In this document: one piece after another, positions 10,201 to 23,799 of the stretch
Layout of the letters: the number at the start of each line of letters is the position of its first letter
Position numbering within the stretch: position 1 is the stretch's first letter
Assembly: GCA_002269645.1 (NCBI GenBank)
Contig: NIVC01000845.1
Coordinates: 248,001 to 312,000, forward strand
DNA: 64,000 bases
Direction of reading: 5' to 3'
From: Macrostomum lignano
Taxonomy: Eukaryota
Translations under genes and position numbers: made by a program
Notes under the pieces: generated by a model
Seen by the model: the letters and a program-made list of their open reading frames with translations, nothing else
Database searches by the model: none
Told to the model about the DNA's origin: nothing

Positions 10201-13200
10201 AATCACTAATAGAACCTAGATAATCATCATTCCAGTCGGAGAAATCACTAATAGAACCCAGATAATCATCATTCCAGTCGGAGAAATCACTAATAGAACT
10301 TAGATAATCATCATTCCAGTCGGGGAAATCACTAATAGAACCTAGATAATCATCATTCCAGTCGGAGAAATCACTAATAGAACCCAGATAATCATCATTC
10401 CAGTCGGGGAAATCACTAATAGAACCCAGATAATCATCATTCCAGCCGGGGAAATCACTAATAGAACCTAGATAATCATCATTCCAGTCGGAGAAATCAC
10501 TAATAGAACCTAGATAATCATCATTCCAGTCGGAGAAATCACTAATAGAACCTAGATAATCATCATTCCAGTCGGAGAAATCACTAATAGAACCCAGATA
10601 ATCATCATTCCAGTCGGAGAAATCACTAATAGAACCTAGATAATCATCATTCCAGTCGGAGAAATCACTAATAGAACCTAGATAATCATCATTCCAGTCG
10701 GGAAACTCAGCAAGCCACTCACCAAGCAAGCCGAGGCCAGTTCACCCAATCGTTTAGCAGGCTCTGCGCTATCCCTGGCGCAAGCGGCCACGTAGTCTTG
10801 CGCCAATTCAGTCAGCAGCCTGGCGCCTTCGACAAAACCGGCGCGCAAGCGACTGGCCGCAGCGGCGGCGCGTTTATCAGCGGCGCCAAGGCGATCGCGC
10901 AGATTGGCGGCTGCGCTCTCCTCGGCCGCGCACTTGTCTCTTAGCTGCATCAGCTCGGACACCAGTTCGGCTTCTTTGCGCGGCTCCGGGCCGGACAGCA
11001 GGTCTTCGCGTTCCTGGCGTCGCTTCAACTCCAACTGTAGCGAGGCAATCTGGCGCAGGGCCACCTGGTACTTGTGCTCCAGGACGCTGCGCTGCTGCTG
11101 CTTCGGGTCCGCGGTGCCGTCCGTCTCGGCGCTGGCCGCCGCTGCCGCTGCTGCGGCTTCCGCCGCCGCCGCCTCGGCTTCGAGAGTCTCCAGACGGGGC
11201 CGCAGCTCGGCCAGCTCGCGCTGAAGCCGTTCGGCTAAGCCGGCAGATTCGGCCTCGCTCCGTCTGGCAGTTTCCAGCTCCGACTCGACGTGGCGAAGCC
11301 GCTCCGACCACTGCCGATCGGCGGATTGGCGCAGCTCGCTCAGCAGGTCGCCGCCGCTGACCGACTGCTGGGCCGACTCGTCCGCCTCTTCATCCGGTGA
11401 CGCCACCGAGCCTGGCGCTGCCGGCTCCACTACCGCCGCCGCGTCCGCGTGCCCGACCTCGTCGACTTCTTCAACATCGTCGGCCTCCTCGTAGCTTGGA
11501 GCGGCGCGCGCATGTTGGTCCTCGCTAGTTGCCGCCGCTGTTGCCTGAGCCTGCTGCTTTTGCTTTTGCTGCGGTTGCTGCTGCTGCTGCTGCTGCTTTG
11601 ACGGGGCCGGCTTCTACAGATTAATAGAGACATTTTATCATACTACTGCACTGATAAGTACTACTTTTTGCTTATCAGGAGTTTCACTGGATTTAAGCGT
11701 GGAACTAGGGGCTTATGAACTAGACAGTAGACACACACTATAAGTCAGTTCCATATTCCATAAAAATATTCATAACTCCAATAATAAATATCCTGACAGA
11801 TGGTGGCAAGTGGCATTAATGGAGTGCGCTACACAGATGCTTGATAATACAGGCTATTTTTACTCCAAATAAGCGCCATTTGCTGGCATATTGATTCGGT
11901 CTGCATTCGCGATATCTGATGGGAGGAAAGGCCGAGATAGTACTAAATATCTCTTAATTTGCGGCACTTTCTAAGTTGCTAATCTGTAACTGAGAAACTT
12001 CTAACAATGAGTCAAAACTACACAAAAACTGGGATTGTGTATACCCGATACTGAGACACCGATGGATAGATAGATAGATAGATGGATGGATGGATGGATG
12101 GATGGATGGATGAATGGATGGGTGGATGGATGAATGGATGGATGGATGGATGGATGGATGGATGGATGGATGGATGGATGAATGGATGGATGGATGAATG
12201 GATGGATGGATGGATGGATGGATGGATGGGTGGATGGATGGATGGATGGATGGATGGATGGATGGATGAATGGATGGATGGATGAATGGATGGATGGATG
12301 GATGGATGGATGGATGGATGGATGGATGGATGGATGGATGGATGGATGAATGGATGGATGGATGGATGGATGGATGGATGGATGGATGGATGGATGGATG
12401 GATGGATGGATGGATGGCTGGATGAATGGATGGATGGATGGATGGATGGATGGGTGGATGAATGGATGGATGGATGGATGGGTGGATGGATGGATGGATG
12501 GATGGGTGGATGGATGAATGGATGGATGGATGAATGGATGGATGGATGGATGGATGGATGGATGGATGGATGAGTGGATGAATGGATGGATGGATGGATG
12601 GATGGGTGGATGGATGGATGGATGGATGAATGGATGGATGGATGGATGGATGGATGGGTGGATGAATGGATGGATGGATGGATGGGTGGATGGATGGATG
12701 GATGGATGGGTGGATGGATGAATGGATGGATGGATGAATGGATGGATGGATGGATGGATGGATGGATAGATGGATGGATGGATGGATGGATGGATGCAGT
12801 AGAAATGCATCAGCCAGACTTGTGAACAGTCAAGCCTCAAAGAATGAAACACACGAATCAGCCAGTTTAATAATTACACAAGCCGCTAAACTTATTCATC
12901 AGTAATCAAAATTAATAAACGAATTCGCCACAGTTTTGAATAACAAACAGCCGCAGGTGAATCCAACCCACCTGTTTAGCCCCAGTCGCGGCGGCAACAA
13001 CTGCAGTGGCCGAATTGAAAGACGATTCCAGATTCCGCGACAAGTTGCTCAGCTGCATCAGGCTGTCGGTGTTCAGCCGGGTGTCCAGCTCCCTCCGCAG
13101 AGAGTGCTTGGCCTCCCGTTCCATCTGCAGAGACTCCAGCGCCTCAGCTAGATTTCGCTCGGAGATGGAGCGCAGTTTTCCAGCCTCCTCTAGCTGGCTG

Positions 13201-15103
13201 GCTAGAATCTCAGTCTCCTCCGCTAGGCGCTTGCAGTCGTGCTGCATCAGGTGATAATCCACCAGCATTCGCTTGGCCTCCTGCAGCTGCTTCTGCAGTC
13301 CAATGTTGTCTTCTTCGAGCTCCGAGTAGTCAGCCTGACAGCGAGTCTCTCTAGCTTTGGTCTCTTTCAACTCGTCGCGCAGCAGTTTCTTATCGGCTTC
13401 GAGGCGTCGGATTGACTCAGTTAGGCTGGCCGCCTCCTCGGTGAGCCGGTCCACGTCTGCCTGCTTCCGCTCCAGCTGGATTGTGCGCGACTTCAGCTCC
13501 GACTCCAGCTCGCTGATGGCCGCCTGAAGGCCCTGCTCGCGGCTGGCTGACTCGCTGATCAGCGTGTCCTCGTCTGCTTGGCCTTCTTGGGCCTGCCGCT
13601 TCTGGTGCAGCTTGCGCTGTTGCAGAGCCTTGGAATTGGTAGATTGAAGAGTTTGGGGTCAGTTATTGAAGATAGGATTTGATCCTGATCTCAAAGTCCA
13701 AAAATCCTATAGATTTGGGCTTCTTGTATCATAGTGTGTGTCATGACACATCAAATTTCGTTATGGCATCTTAAATTTTCATTTTTTATAGTTTCTATTT
13801 TGGATTTTGGATTTATCAATAATTTTATAACTATTGAGATTTGTGGGATTTCAAGAATTTTTTATATTATCAAATTGTATCATCTATAAAAATGAAATCT
13901 ATAGACTTCTGCAACTTCTATAAGTCAGGCTTAGCAATAAAATTGGCAAAGTATTGTTTAATTGTTTAATTGTTTGATTAATTCCAACTAGTATCCTAGT
14001 TTTCAGTTTGACATCTTAAATTTAGATCTAGGATATCAAAGTCTATCCAAATAGTACTATGATTCTATTGCTTGAAATAGCTAGTCTATAAATATTATAT
14101 TAGATTAGTCATACTACTGGAAAAAATACCAGTTAATTACTTCTTAATCTAAACACTAAATATAAATAGTATAGAATTGATAAAAAAGTTGATGAATCTT
14201 TATATTTTAAATTAGATTTATTCAATTTCTATTCAGCTTGAAAAAAATTAAAAAGCTACTAAGATTACTAACAACTGATATTAATAAACTAAATTAATAC
14301 CACTTCAAATTTATTGTTCTAGATCTTTAAACTAGATAGCCAGTATTATTTTTTAAATAAAATTATATATAATCATAATAGATCATTTATTAAAATATTT
14401 AATTTAAAGATGCTTAACTAATTCTTAATTTATTTTTTTTATATTTAATTCATTATTTAAAAGCTAAATAAAATTTTATTCTAATGGCTAAACTAAACCT
14501 AATATTAATAAGTATTATTGTATATTAGTATTAATGTATATAAGACAATATAAAAAAATCTATTAGTTATTAAAACTTATTATATCTTATAAATATATAT
14601 ATTGTACCTAAAACTAATATGATAAAGCCAGAAGCCTTGAAACTGGATAGACCCTACGAGCTAGATATACTAGAACTAAGGATTTAATATAAATCCTAAT
14701 AATCCTAATAATAACATTAATTATTATCATTGATTGAGTTTTGACCTTGTCTTTGGCTTAATGACTGTTTACAATGATTAGGACTACGACTACTAGCATA
14801 AGCCACATAGCTGATTTAAAAAAAACAAGAAGTGGTAGGTTATAAAAAAGTATAGACATATCTAATACAGGTAAAAAATTAACATACCTCCCTTGCCAGC
14901 TCTAGCTCTTGTTTTAAAATATCAGCATGATTTTCTGTCTCTGCTAAGGACTGTTTGAGGTGTCCAATTTCTTCTAAAAGTGCGAGGCCATGTTGAGCAG
15001 CCTGTATTTTTTCATTCACTGCACTATCGAGTTCATTCTGTAACCTTGTATTTTCTTCCTTTGTCGATGCCAGTTCACACCTCAAATCATCTTCAACTGT
15101 CAT
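7286..15103 (-). CDS. BicD: Bicaudal-D dynein adaptor. Firm exons 15103-14888, 13628-12972, 11613-10723, 9848-8871 (914 aa); 3' end tentative (possibly 8216-8027 and 7338-7286)
   Basis: [15 protein letters not shown] (CC1 box); [12 protein letters not shown]; [15 protein letters not shown]; [18 protein letters not shown]; C-terminal cargo-binding domain [34 protein letters not shown]...[27 protein letters not shown]...[25 protein letters not shown]. The first three introns are phase-0 GT..AG. Splice sites after 8871 are ambiguous. Confidence 0.93.
8258..8845. repeat. 30-bp minisatellite (gatgcttcaggattggctactccctaacca)n in BicD intron 4
   Basis: About 19 copies read directly. Confidence 0.97.
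9930..10702. repeat. 42-bp minisatellite (aatcactaatagaacctagataatcatcattccagtcggaga)n filling BicD intron 3
   Basis: About 18 copies; the array begins about 20 nt after the GT donor at 10722. Confidence 0.97.
12062..12796. repeat. (GATG)n microsatellite in BicD intron 2
   Basis: Direct. Confidence 0.98.
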
Positions 15104-15632
15104 GCTGACGGTCGCGTCGCTTCAAAATATGATGCAAGACTATCAAGACTGAAATGATATTAATTTGTCAAATAAATATTAAAAAGCAATGCCCAAAAAT
15201 TCAACTACAGCAGTAAAAACACTATAAAAATCTAACTGAAAGGTAAAACGCCAGCCAGCTAACCCAGCTTGTTTGTTTGCAGCAGAAGACCTGAATAAAA
15301 AAGATTGAAGTGATTCTCTATGTTAAATTTTTGTGTGAACCATTAGATTACTTAAACAAAATTATAAGCAGACTTAAAGCCAAATTAAAAAATACATAGC
15401 TTAGATTTTACTTTACAATATTTATTTCGATTTAAGTTACCTTTGAGAAACGTCTAACGCTTTAAACTTTTATCTTTTAAAGTTGAACTCTAAGAATGCA
15501 CAAGTTTCGCACAAGTTCTGAGTCTTGGAAGCTAAGGGTACCAGACTGATATAATAGTTCTAGTTCATGTTGTTCTCAATTCCATTCCACTAAAGTTTTT
15601 ATCTAATGTGCCTAAGCCTAGTGCTTTTAGTG

Positions 15633-16136
15633 CAGGGGTCAGCAAACTTTTTACCTCAAGGACCAGATTGAGAATAACAGCTCGCATGACTGCCCTTCTG
15701 GGTCCGCTTCGCTGCCCCCCCCCCCAAGCGAAACGCGCGCCCAGGCGGGCTTTAGGGAGAGAGGATAGAGAATAGAGAAGAGAAATATACGAGCGTAGGA
15801 GAAAGGAGAGTTGAAGGAATAAAGGAGAAGAGAGTAGACGAGAAGAGAGATAAAATAGGAGAGGAGAGAAGGGAAGGGAGAAGAGAATGGAGAGGAAACG
15901 GGAGATGAGAGGAGAGGAGAGAGGTGAGGTGAGGTGAGAGGAGAGGAGAGGAGAGGAGAGGAGAGGAGACGAGAGGAGACGACAGTAGAATATGAGAAGA
16001 GAGAGGTGAGGGAAGAGAGCTGAGAAGAGACACAAACATCGAGCGGGCTATTGTGAAGATTCAAAGGACCCAAGGGCCGGATAGAGAGGCTTTGCGGGCC
16101 ACATTTGGCCCTCAGGCCGGAGTTTGCCAACCCCTG
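15633..16136. mobile_element. hAT-type non-autonomous element (MITE) with an internal GA-rich tract
   Basis: TIRs caggggtcagcaaact / agtttgccaacccctg; subterminal gcgggccacatttggccc typical of hAT MITEs; imperfect 8-bp flanks ttttagtg / ttttactc (6 of 8 match). Confidence 0.8.
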
Positions 16137-16274
16137 TTTTACTCGTAGTATTCAGCCCTTTTAGCGCTAGTACTTTGGCGTCTCTGATCGAAATTGCGAG
16201 TCCGCCGCAATCCCAAGACTAAAACCGCTGCTGGCGCTGCAACTAAAAGCACTAAAATGCCGTCATCTGTGTTT

Positions 16275-16525
16275 GCAGCACGATCATTTTTGCACCACAG
16301 GCACTCATTTTGGCGCTGCAGGCACTCATTTTAACACCGCAGGCACTCATTTTAGCACCGCATGCACTCATTTTGGCGCCGCAGACACTCATTTTGGCGC
16401 CGCAGACACTCATTTTGGCGCCGCAGACACTCATTTTGGCGCTGCAGGCACTCATTTTAGCACCGCATGCACTCATTTTAGCACCGCATGCACTCATTTT
16501 TTGACGTCGCAGACACTCATTTTGG
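16275..16525. repeat. 21-bp minisatellite (gcagacactcattttggcgcc)n
   Basis: About 11 copies read directly. Confidence 0.93.
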
Positions 16526-18169
16526 CCCTGCAGGCGCTATGTTTGGCCGCCCTTCAGCAAAATCATTGATTTCCATAACGGGTCACAAGGTGGGGGTGGA
16601 TGACACAAAGCATTGACATGTCTTCCATATCTTTTTCTGGGGGGGACATGTCCTGCCAGTCCCCCCCGGTAGCGACGCCCCTAACTCTAAAAAGAATTAT
16701 ACAAGTTGGGTGTCGCCCTACCAGAATGCGCGCTTTCCATCATCAGCCTGCATTGCGACCTCTCCCTACGATCGATGTGAGATATGTATTACTTTTCAGT
16801 AGTACTAAATGTATTCTACACTAGACTTACGAGCGTATCTATTGTAACTCAGTGTTTGTTGACAGAGGCTTGCCGAGGTATAAGGAATTAGGAAATTCGC
16901 ACATTTGCCATCACCTGTTGCATGTCTCAGGTGAACTACACCGTGCTTGCTTACATAACGAGGCGGCGTGATTAACAAAACCTATTTACAAACTGATGGC
17001 TTGTTCGCCTAACAATTAGCGCGTATTGGTTGCATGACCTTTATAACATGCGAAATTGCATGGCCAATACAACAATATTCAATAGAATTGACAAGGTGTG
17101 AATAACAAACACCCGGATTTTCGATTAATCAACACAGCTTCCATGTCAGACTGAGTCCATTGTAGCCTTTAAAATTTCCCGACTCAAGCTCGATCCGCGC
17201 AAATGTGCTAATCGAATTGAGAGTTGAAAGGTCAAGCTTTCGATTCACAATGGTATTTAGTAAGGATCTGAGATTATTGCCAAGCCAAACCCGCAGGGGT
17301 TGCAATTTACTAAAACCTACAGCTCTATGTTATAGAAAAATTCTATATCAGCTGGTAGGTAAAAATAAAAACCTCAACAGACTGATAGTCATCTTTACTC
17401 AACCTGCATCAACAGACAATAAGAAAGGCAGTAGGCGAAGCAACAAAAGCTTTGTATAAAATGTATAGATGCACACAGGTGCTTCGCCTTGGGTGGGCCT
17501 GTGGCCTCTTCCAGCCTCTATATAAGTCCACAGACGGTTGTCTGTCTACCAAGTCTTCTAGTCTAAAGCTAGTAATAGGCTTCCTATTACTGTAGGGCTG
17601 ATACAGATCTAGCAGTTGGCTTGCCTGCCTACTGGCTTCGTATTTGAGCAGAAGCATAGGGATTTGTTGCTACTTTGAGTAAAAGAAGCTCGCGCGGGGG
17701 GTTGTTGAGAATGTGCCCGTGTGACAAGCAGAGAGAATAGAGATCTTCGAAATTGTTAATGTCAAGAGTTGAGATTACGATCAAGTCTCGCATGCATACA
17801 GAAGTCTTAATGGGTCTTCTTGTGTGTATCGCTCCATTTTTCTATTCTTTATCTTTATTCATATTGAGCATTGCTATATAAGCATTGCTATAAAAGGAAG
17901 GCTTTTAAGTCCCCTACAGACTTGAGTTGGTCAGACCGGTTTGTTCTGTGCCGTCATCTGTCTATGAATGCGCTCTGACTGCTATAGGATTGAAAATTAA
18001 CTGCGGAATCGTCAGTATAATGTAGAGAATAGGAGAGATAGATTAGAGGAGAGTAGGCAGAAAAATGATGATGGATAGATGAGGAGGGGTGGATAGATAA
18101 AAATGAATCAATATGAGATGGATGGATAGATTTAAAACTGAATGGATGAAGAGGTAAATGGATCGATAA

Positions 18170-19405
18170 GGAAATGGATGGATAGATGTGGAGCTGGATG
18201 GATAGATGTGGAGCTGGATGGATAGATGTGGGGCTGAATGGATAGATGTGGAGCTGGATGGATAGATTTGGATCTGGATGGATAGATGTGGATCTGGATG
18301 GATATATTTGGAGCTGGATGGATAGATGTGGAGCTGGATGGATATGTTTGGATCTGGATGGATAGATGTGGAGCTATATGGATAGATTTGGAGCTGGATG
18401 GATAGATGTGGAGCTGGATGGATAGATTTGGAGCTGGATGGATAGATGTGGAGCTGGATGGATAGATGTGGAGCTGGATGGATAGATGTGGATCTGGATG
18501 GATATATTTGGAGCTGGATGGATAGATGTGGAGCTGGATGGATAGATGTGGATCTGGATGGATATATTTGGAGCTGGATGGATAGATTTGGAGCTGGATG
18601 GATAGATTTGGAGCTGGATGGATAGATTTGGAGCTGGATGGATAGATTTGGAGCTGGATGGATAGATGTGGAGCTGAATGGATAGATGTGGAGCTGGATG
18701 GATAGATGTGGAGCTGGATGGATAGATGTGGAGCTGGATGGATAGATGTGGAGCTGGATGGATAGATGTGGAGCTGGATGGATAGATGTGGAGCTGGATG
18801 GATAGATGAGGAGATGGATGGATAGATGTGGAGCTGGATGGATAGATGTGGAGCTGGATGGATAGATGAGGAGCTGGATGGATAGATGTGGAGCTGGATG
18901 GATAGATGTGGAGCTGGATGGATAGATGTGGAGCTGGATGGATAGATGTGGAGCTGGATGGATAGATGTGGAGCTGGATGGATAGATGTGGAGCTGGATG
19001 GATAGATGAGGAGATGGATGGATAGATGTGGAGCTGGATGGATAGATGTGGAGCTGGATGGATAGATGAGGAGCTGGATGGATAGATGTGGAGCTGGATG
19101 GATAGATGTGGAGCTGGATGGATAGATGTGGAGCTGGATGGATAGATGTGGAGCTGGATGGATAGATGTGGAGCTGGATGGATAGATGTGGAGCTGGATG
19201 GATAGATGTGGAGCTGGATGGATAGATGTGGAGCTGGATGGATAGATGTGGAGCTGGATGGATAGATGTGGAGCTGGATGGATAGATGTGGAGCTGGATG
19301 GATAGATGTGGAGCTGGATGGATAGATGTGGAGCTGGATGGATAGATGTGGAGCTGGATGGATAGATGTGGAGCTGGATGGATAGATGTGGAGCTAAGTG
19401 GATAG
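18170..19405. repeat. 20-bp minisatellite (gatagatgtggagctggatg)n
   Basis: About 60 copies; source of the spurious 502-aa and 446-aa ORFs. Confidence 0.98.
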
Positions 19406-19699
19406 ACGGGTGAATGGATGAGTAAGGGATCAGCGCGAATAGAAGATAAATACTGTAGCTGTTCATGTTCAAAGCTAGAATGAATAACTTGTAAAGAAGC
19501 AGTTTCTGCTAAAAATGAATTTATTATACAGAGCATTTGCCCAAAAACCAAAATTAATAGTAAACTTATTATTTACCTCTTGTTTGCGTCTTGTAGGCCT
19601 GGCATCGCTCACTTACATTTTATTATCAAGCAGCGTTCCGCCCTTTCAATGGGATTTGTATCGAATTTTAGCCGCTTCTTTAAGCCTCGCAGCAAGAAA

Positions 19700-20400
19700 A
19701 ATTGTGTCGAATTTAGAATTAAAATTACAGAATTTTAGACAGACCATGGCCACCGCAGCAGCCCACACAGGGAGACGCAATGTAACTTTCTGTTTCAATT
19801 AAACTGAATTGGTTCCTATAGTCGACTCGCATAATTACTGGTAAATTCAAAGTTTGCCTAAATTAGGACAAATAACATTTGCTTTATTAGCAGGTCGAAG
19901 TATTTTTAGCAGAAGGGGCCAAAGGGCACAGGGAAATCTGATTCACCACAAAATATTTAACAAAATCTTGAAACGGACGTTGCAAGAAAAGAATCCAACG
20001 CATATGGAATTCAGCCATTTAGTCCAGAGGAGGCTGCCCGCTGAAATAATTTTTGGAAGACGACTTCCATAAATCTTCATAAATCGCCATAAATCGTTAT
20101 CTACAGCGTCAGCCTCCCAATCGTTTGGAGTTGAGTCGGAAGATGAAGCGGTCAACCACATCCCGGTCACCAGGGAGGAGCCTGCCGCTGATGAGGATCA
20201 GCCTTCAGACCTAGAAGAGACTATGTTCCCACGAAGAAGTAGCAGGAACCGGACCGCTCCTGATCACTTTGCGCCCTAAATTATTTTCTGATCTGCAAAT
20301 TTCACATCTGGTTTCAATGCGTTAAGAAAGGTTTCTAATAATTTTAATACTGCGACAATGACCTTCCTCCGGGAGGGGACATGCTGGGCCCTAAAAAATC
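19700..20400 (+). mobile_element. Decayed Ty3/Gypsy LTR-retrotransposon remnant (integrase C-terminus, 3' tail, possible PPT)
   Basis: Broken frames encode KILKRTLQEK..PAEIIFGRRLP (compare the Gypsy integrase SPAELLFGRRLR) and PRRSSRNRTAPDHF* ending at about 20278 (the typical RRS.R.R..PD.F/Y pol tail), followed by gggaggggacaTG at about 20371. Motif recognition by eye only. Confidence 0.6.
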
Positions 20401-21979
20401 GACAACCACCGTTAGACTCGATTCTTTACTTTTGTATCTACGATCCTAACTTCCATAACCAGTCACTAAACACCTCAGCTTCCCTTTTAATACAGCTTAG
20501 CCACACAATGGTCATCGATAGCTTAACTAAACAATGCTCATAGATAGCTTAGCTACACAATTGTCATGCACAACTTGGCCACATAATGATCATAACGGCT
20601 GTATGTCTTGAATATCTGTCTGGTGCAAGTATTATCTGCGGTGTTAGTTTGAAGTTTTTGCGAGAAAGCGCGCCACCTTGAGGAATATCGAAGAGGTCTC
20701 TAAGACTCGTCATGCTTTTTATGCCGCTTGCAGCTGCAAATCTAAGATCAAATATTTGAATATGTTATGAAAACAATTCAATCTTCAATTGGTTCAATGA
20801 CAACAGAATCAAAGAATGCATGTTGACTCGCCAAAATCTAAATGACAACCCCCCCCCCCCTAAGACAGATGACACGAATATTTTGAATCAAGCAGGAATG
20901 TGGTTTAAAATTACCGTATTTTAAACACCCAGTTTTTCCACAGAAGAAACAAACGATGTGTATGTTGTACTGCTCTGATTTCATGAGTCGCTTCTGCCTG
21001 AAAAGGACAAAGACAATCCTAAGCTATACAAAAAGTATCCCATTTTTGAGGAGGAGACGCCAGCAAAGAGAGAGGGATATGGGAGAGGTGATGAGAGCTT
21101 TCAGTTCGCGTCGCGCAGCTCTGCAGGATCGTTGCCCCTGCTCAGTGTCATCCAACCCAGAATGCACGGGCTCCCGCATGGAAATGATTCCAGTCTCAAC
21201 AACAACAACAAAGACGCAATCTCGAATAGCTTCGATGCTCAATGACGCTTTTCATTTTTTAAAATGAGAAATTTTCATAGTTAATCCCATTTGCCTGTCA
21301 TCTCAATGGAGCCGCGAGGGCTGCTGATCAAAACAAAAAAGCGATTGTTGAATCGTGCATTCAGCGAATTCAATCAGCCATTGAATCCACGCTCTGTAAA
21401 CAGCAGCTGACAATAATATCTCAGGGTTCAAATGAAAATTAAAGTGAATGGATTGCATGGATGGTTGCAGAAATGCTGCCAAAAAGAAAAGGCACCGTTG
21501 CTTGCCTGATCGATTCAGCTTGCCAATCTGCTAGCATTCATCACACGTGACATGAGCCTGTTCTTGATGACAAAACTATTTCACGGTAGATGGTATGTAT
21601 GCCCGACAACTAAAGGTACTCGCAAAACGATGTGTAGCACTCACTGGAGTCTGGTTTCATCTCACAGATTCGCACTGCACTTCTCAAAGAATATTTAACA
21701 GAAATGCAAGCATAGACCTGCAAGCAAGCAAAGTTTCCATAGAGAGTTTTCTATGAGCTCGTCTATGGTGATGCTGAGAAATCCTCTACGAAAGAGGACA
21801 TTTGCTTGCATACCCAGGCACGCAGTCATGCACACGCTCACGCAGGGTGTAAGTGGCCCTTGACTTTCTATTCGTCAGGCATGTCTCTGTATCTTGTGGA
21901 TCGGCCCCATGGGTGTGTGAATTGCACGACAACCTACTTTCGTTGCCAATTTTCGTGCATAGAAGCACCAAATGAATGA

Positions 21980-22054
21980 GGCGACGCATGGAATCGAACC
22001 ACGGATCGAGGCGCAAGAGTCAGACGCATTTACCGCTGAGCTACAACTGCCCCC
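21980..22054 (-). mobile_element. tRNA-derived SINE head or tRNA pseudogene
   Basis: Minus strand: A box TAGCTCAGCGG, B box GGTTCGATTCC, intact T arm (cgtgg/ccatg); anticodon and acceptor stems do not pair properly. Confidence 0.7.
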
Positions 22055-23799
22055 GTGACTCAACCTTGGTCAAAGCAAATCAAATTGCTTTGTAGGTCTT
22101 TGTAAGGCTCTTCATTTAACTTCAATTTAGTTAACAATACGGTTGCGCAACACGGCAGCACTATGCTGCACATGGGTGGCATAGGGGAGACAGAATCCGA
22201 GAGGCTGCATGCAGGGTCCTCTATAAGCAGCGCGGCACAACCAACCAAAGAGGCCTGTCATAAAAAAGTTGATCGATCTATAATAACGCAAAAAAGCAAC
22301 CGAGTGACGGATTCCTACAGATGCTTAGGTTTATGCATACACAAGACAGAGAGGGATAAATATTGCGCAAGTGGTCGCGTGGTCGTGTCGCGATTCCGAT
22401 CTCAGTTCTGGCTTGATGCAGGACAATATTATTGACTGTCGTATAGGAGGAACTATATACACTGTTAGATGTCTTGTTCGTTTTTTTTCAACGTTCCAAC
22501 TCCCAAAACGGCCCGACCTTTGTGGGTCAAGTGTGAGTGGGTTGAACGAATGGTTGATGTTTTATTATGTAGGATTGAACACCGACTATTGCAGGTGAAG
22601 TTGAGTCTAACGGGCCGGGAGCCCTGTCTGGCAGAACACGGCAGAATTTCTATAATACATAACGTGTAATTTATTGTTTTGGCTTTCAAATAGAGAGAGC
22701 TTATACATATAGACTTCGGAGGGTGACCCCACCCGCATTTGGAGGTTTAAAACATGACTACTAGAATAGACTGTCAGACTATGATGTGGGTCTGGCAGAC
22801 ATGATTCATATTGGGACATAATGTAAATTATTATGCTCAGGATTAGGAACAATGATGACGTTTTTTCGAATAAGTTTATTTTAGCCATTTTTTGGTTGCT
22901 CAATTTGATTTGTGAAAATCAGCTGCTTGCCTAAGGGCATAATTGTTTCGTTGTTGTTTCAACGACAAGCCAAAAAAAGAATTTAAAGTTCTGGAACTCA
23001 TTTTAGTAGCTAACTATTAGCCCGCTTGAAGTGGAAATTTCTAATTGGAGCTTTTGCTGTTTTGGGATTCCGTCGTAGCCATCGTGGTTTTAACCTCACT
23101 TCTCTCTTAGCTACAGGGAGCTGAAAGGGAGGCCGTTGACGCTCACCGGGATGGTTGCAGGAGAGTGGAAAAAAACAGCAAAGAATTGATAGATTTATCC
23201 GCTAATTTGATGCTACAGCTTCCCAAAGCGCAAAAGTGTGTTTTCCTCTCCCAACCGCCCCACCCTCTTGGACTGGAAAGTGAACCCCCGCCCTCCTCCC
23301 ATGGAATATGCAAGTGAGCGTTCTTCGGGGGGGGGGGGCCTCGACTGCGGCTATCGCAGAACCATCCCATGGGAAAAGAGGCTGCGGAGAATTCGAAAGA
23401 GGGGACAACAGCAAGCAGCCAGAGGAAAATTGGTTGGGGGTTGGGGGTCTAGAAGGCGAGGTCGGTTACAATGGTCGCTAAAAGCTGCATTCCAACAAAC
23501 TCCGCTAGCTAATATAACAGATGGTCATTGCAATTGGCATTCCACAACTGTGTATCGATATACATGCTGGGTTTTGTCCCCCGCAGACTGGCTGACTCCG
23601 ATCCACTTTTGACTTTGACTTGACATGGCTGGCGTGCACTACAAAGTTGGTTTAGTTAGAGAAACGGAGCGGTGCTTCGCTTTTAAAATTTTGGTTGGTC
23701 AAGAACCTCCATAATAATGTACGCATCATGTAACGCATTGAAGCATAAAACGTATAAGAATGAATTTTGAGTAATTTCAGGAAGGTAAGAATTGGGGAT

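Noticed and set aside
9920-10729. 269-aa ORF of [14 protein letters not shown] repeats on the BicD sense strand
   Set aside because: It is a 42-bp intronic minisatellite out of frame with the BicD exon; the frame stays open only because the unit is a multiple of 3 and lacks stops.
13650-14880. Possible NUMT because of extreme AT content
   Set aside because: No recognisable mitochondrial gene, rRNA or tRNA motif by eye; a BLAST against the mitogenome would settle it.
18043-19551. 502-aa and 446-aa ORFs
   Set aside because: Translations of a 20-bp minisatellite.
21500-21800. Possible RTE-LINE 3' remnant (FP*RVFYELVYG)
   Set aside because: A single weak motif; not supportable without an HMM search.
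21980-22054. Possible functional tRNA gene, likewise 60800-60885
   Set aside because: A and B boxes are present but the anticodon and acceptor stems do not pair; treated as SINE heads.
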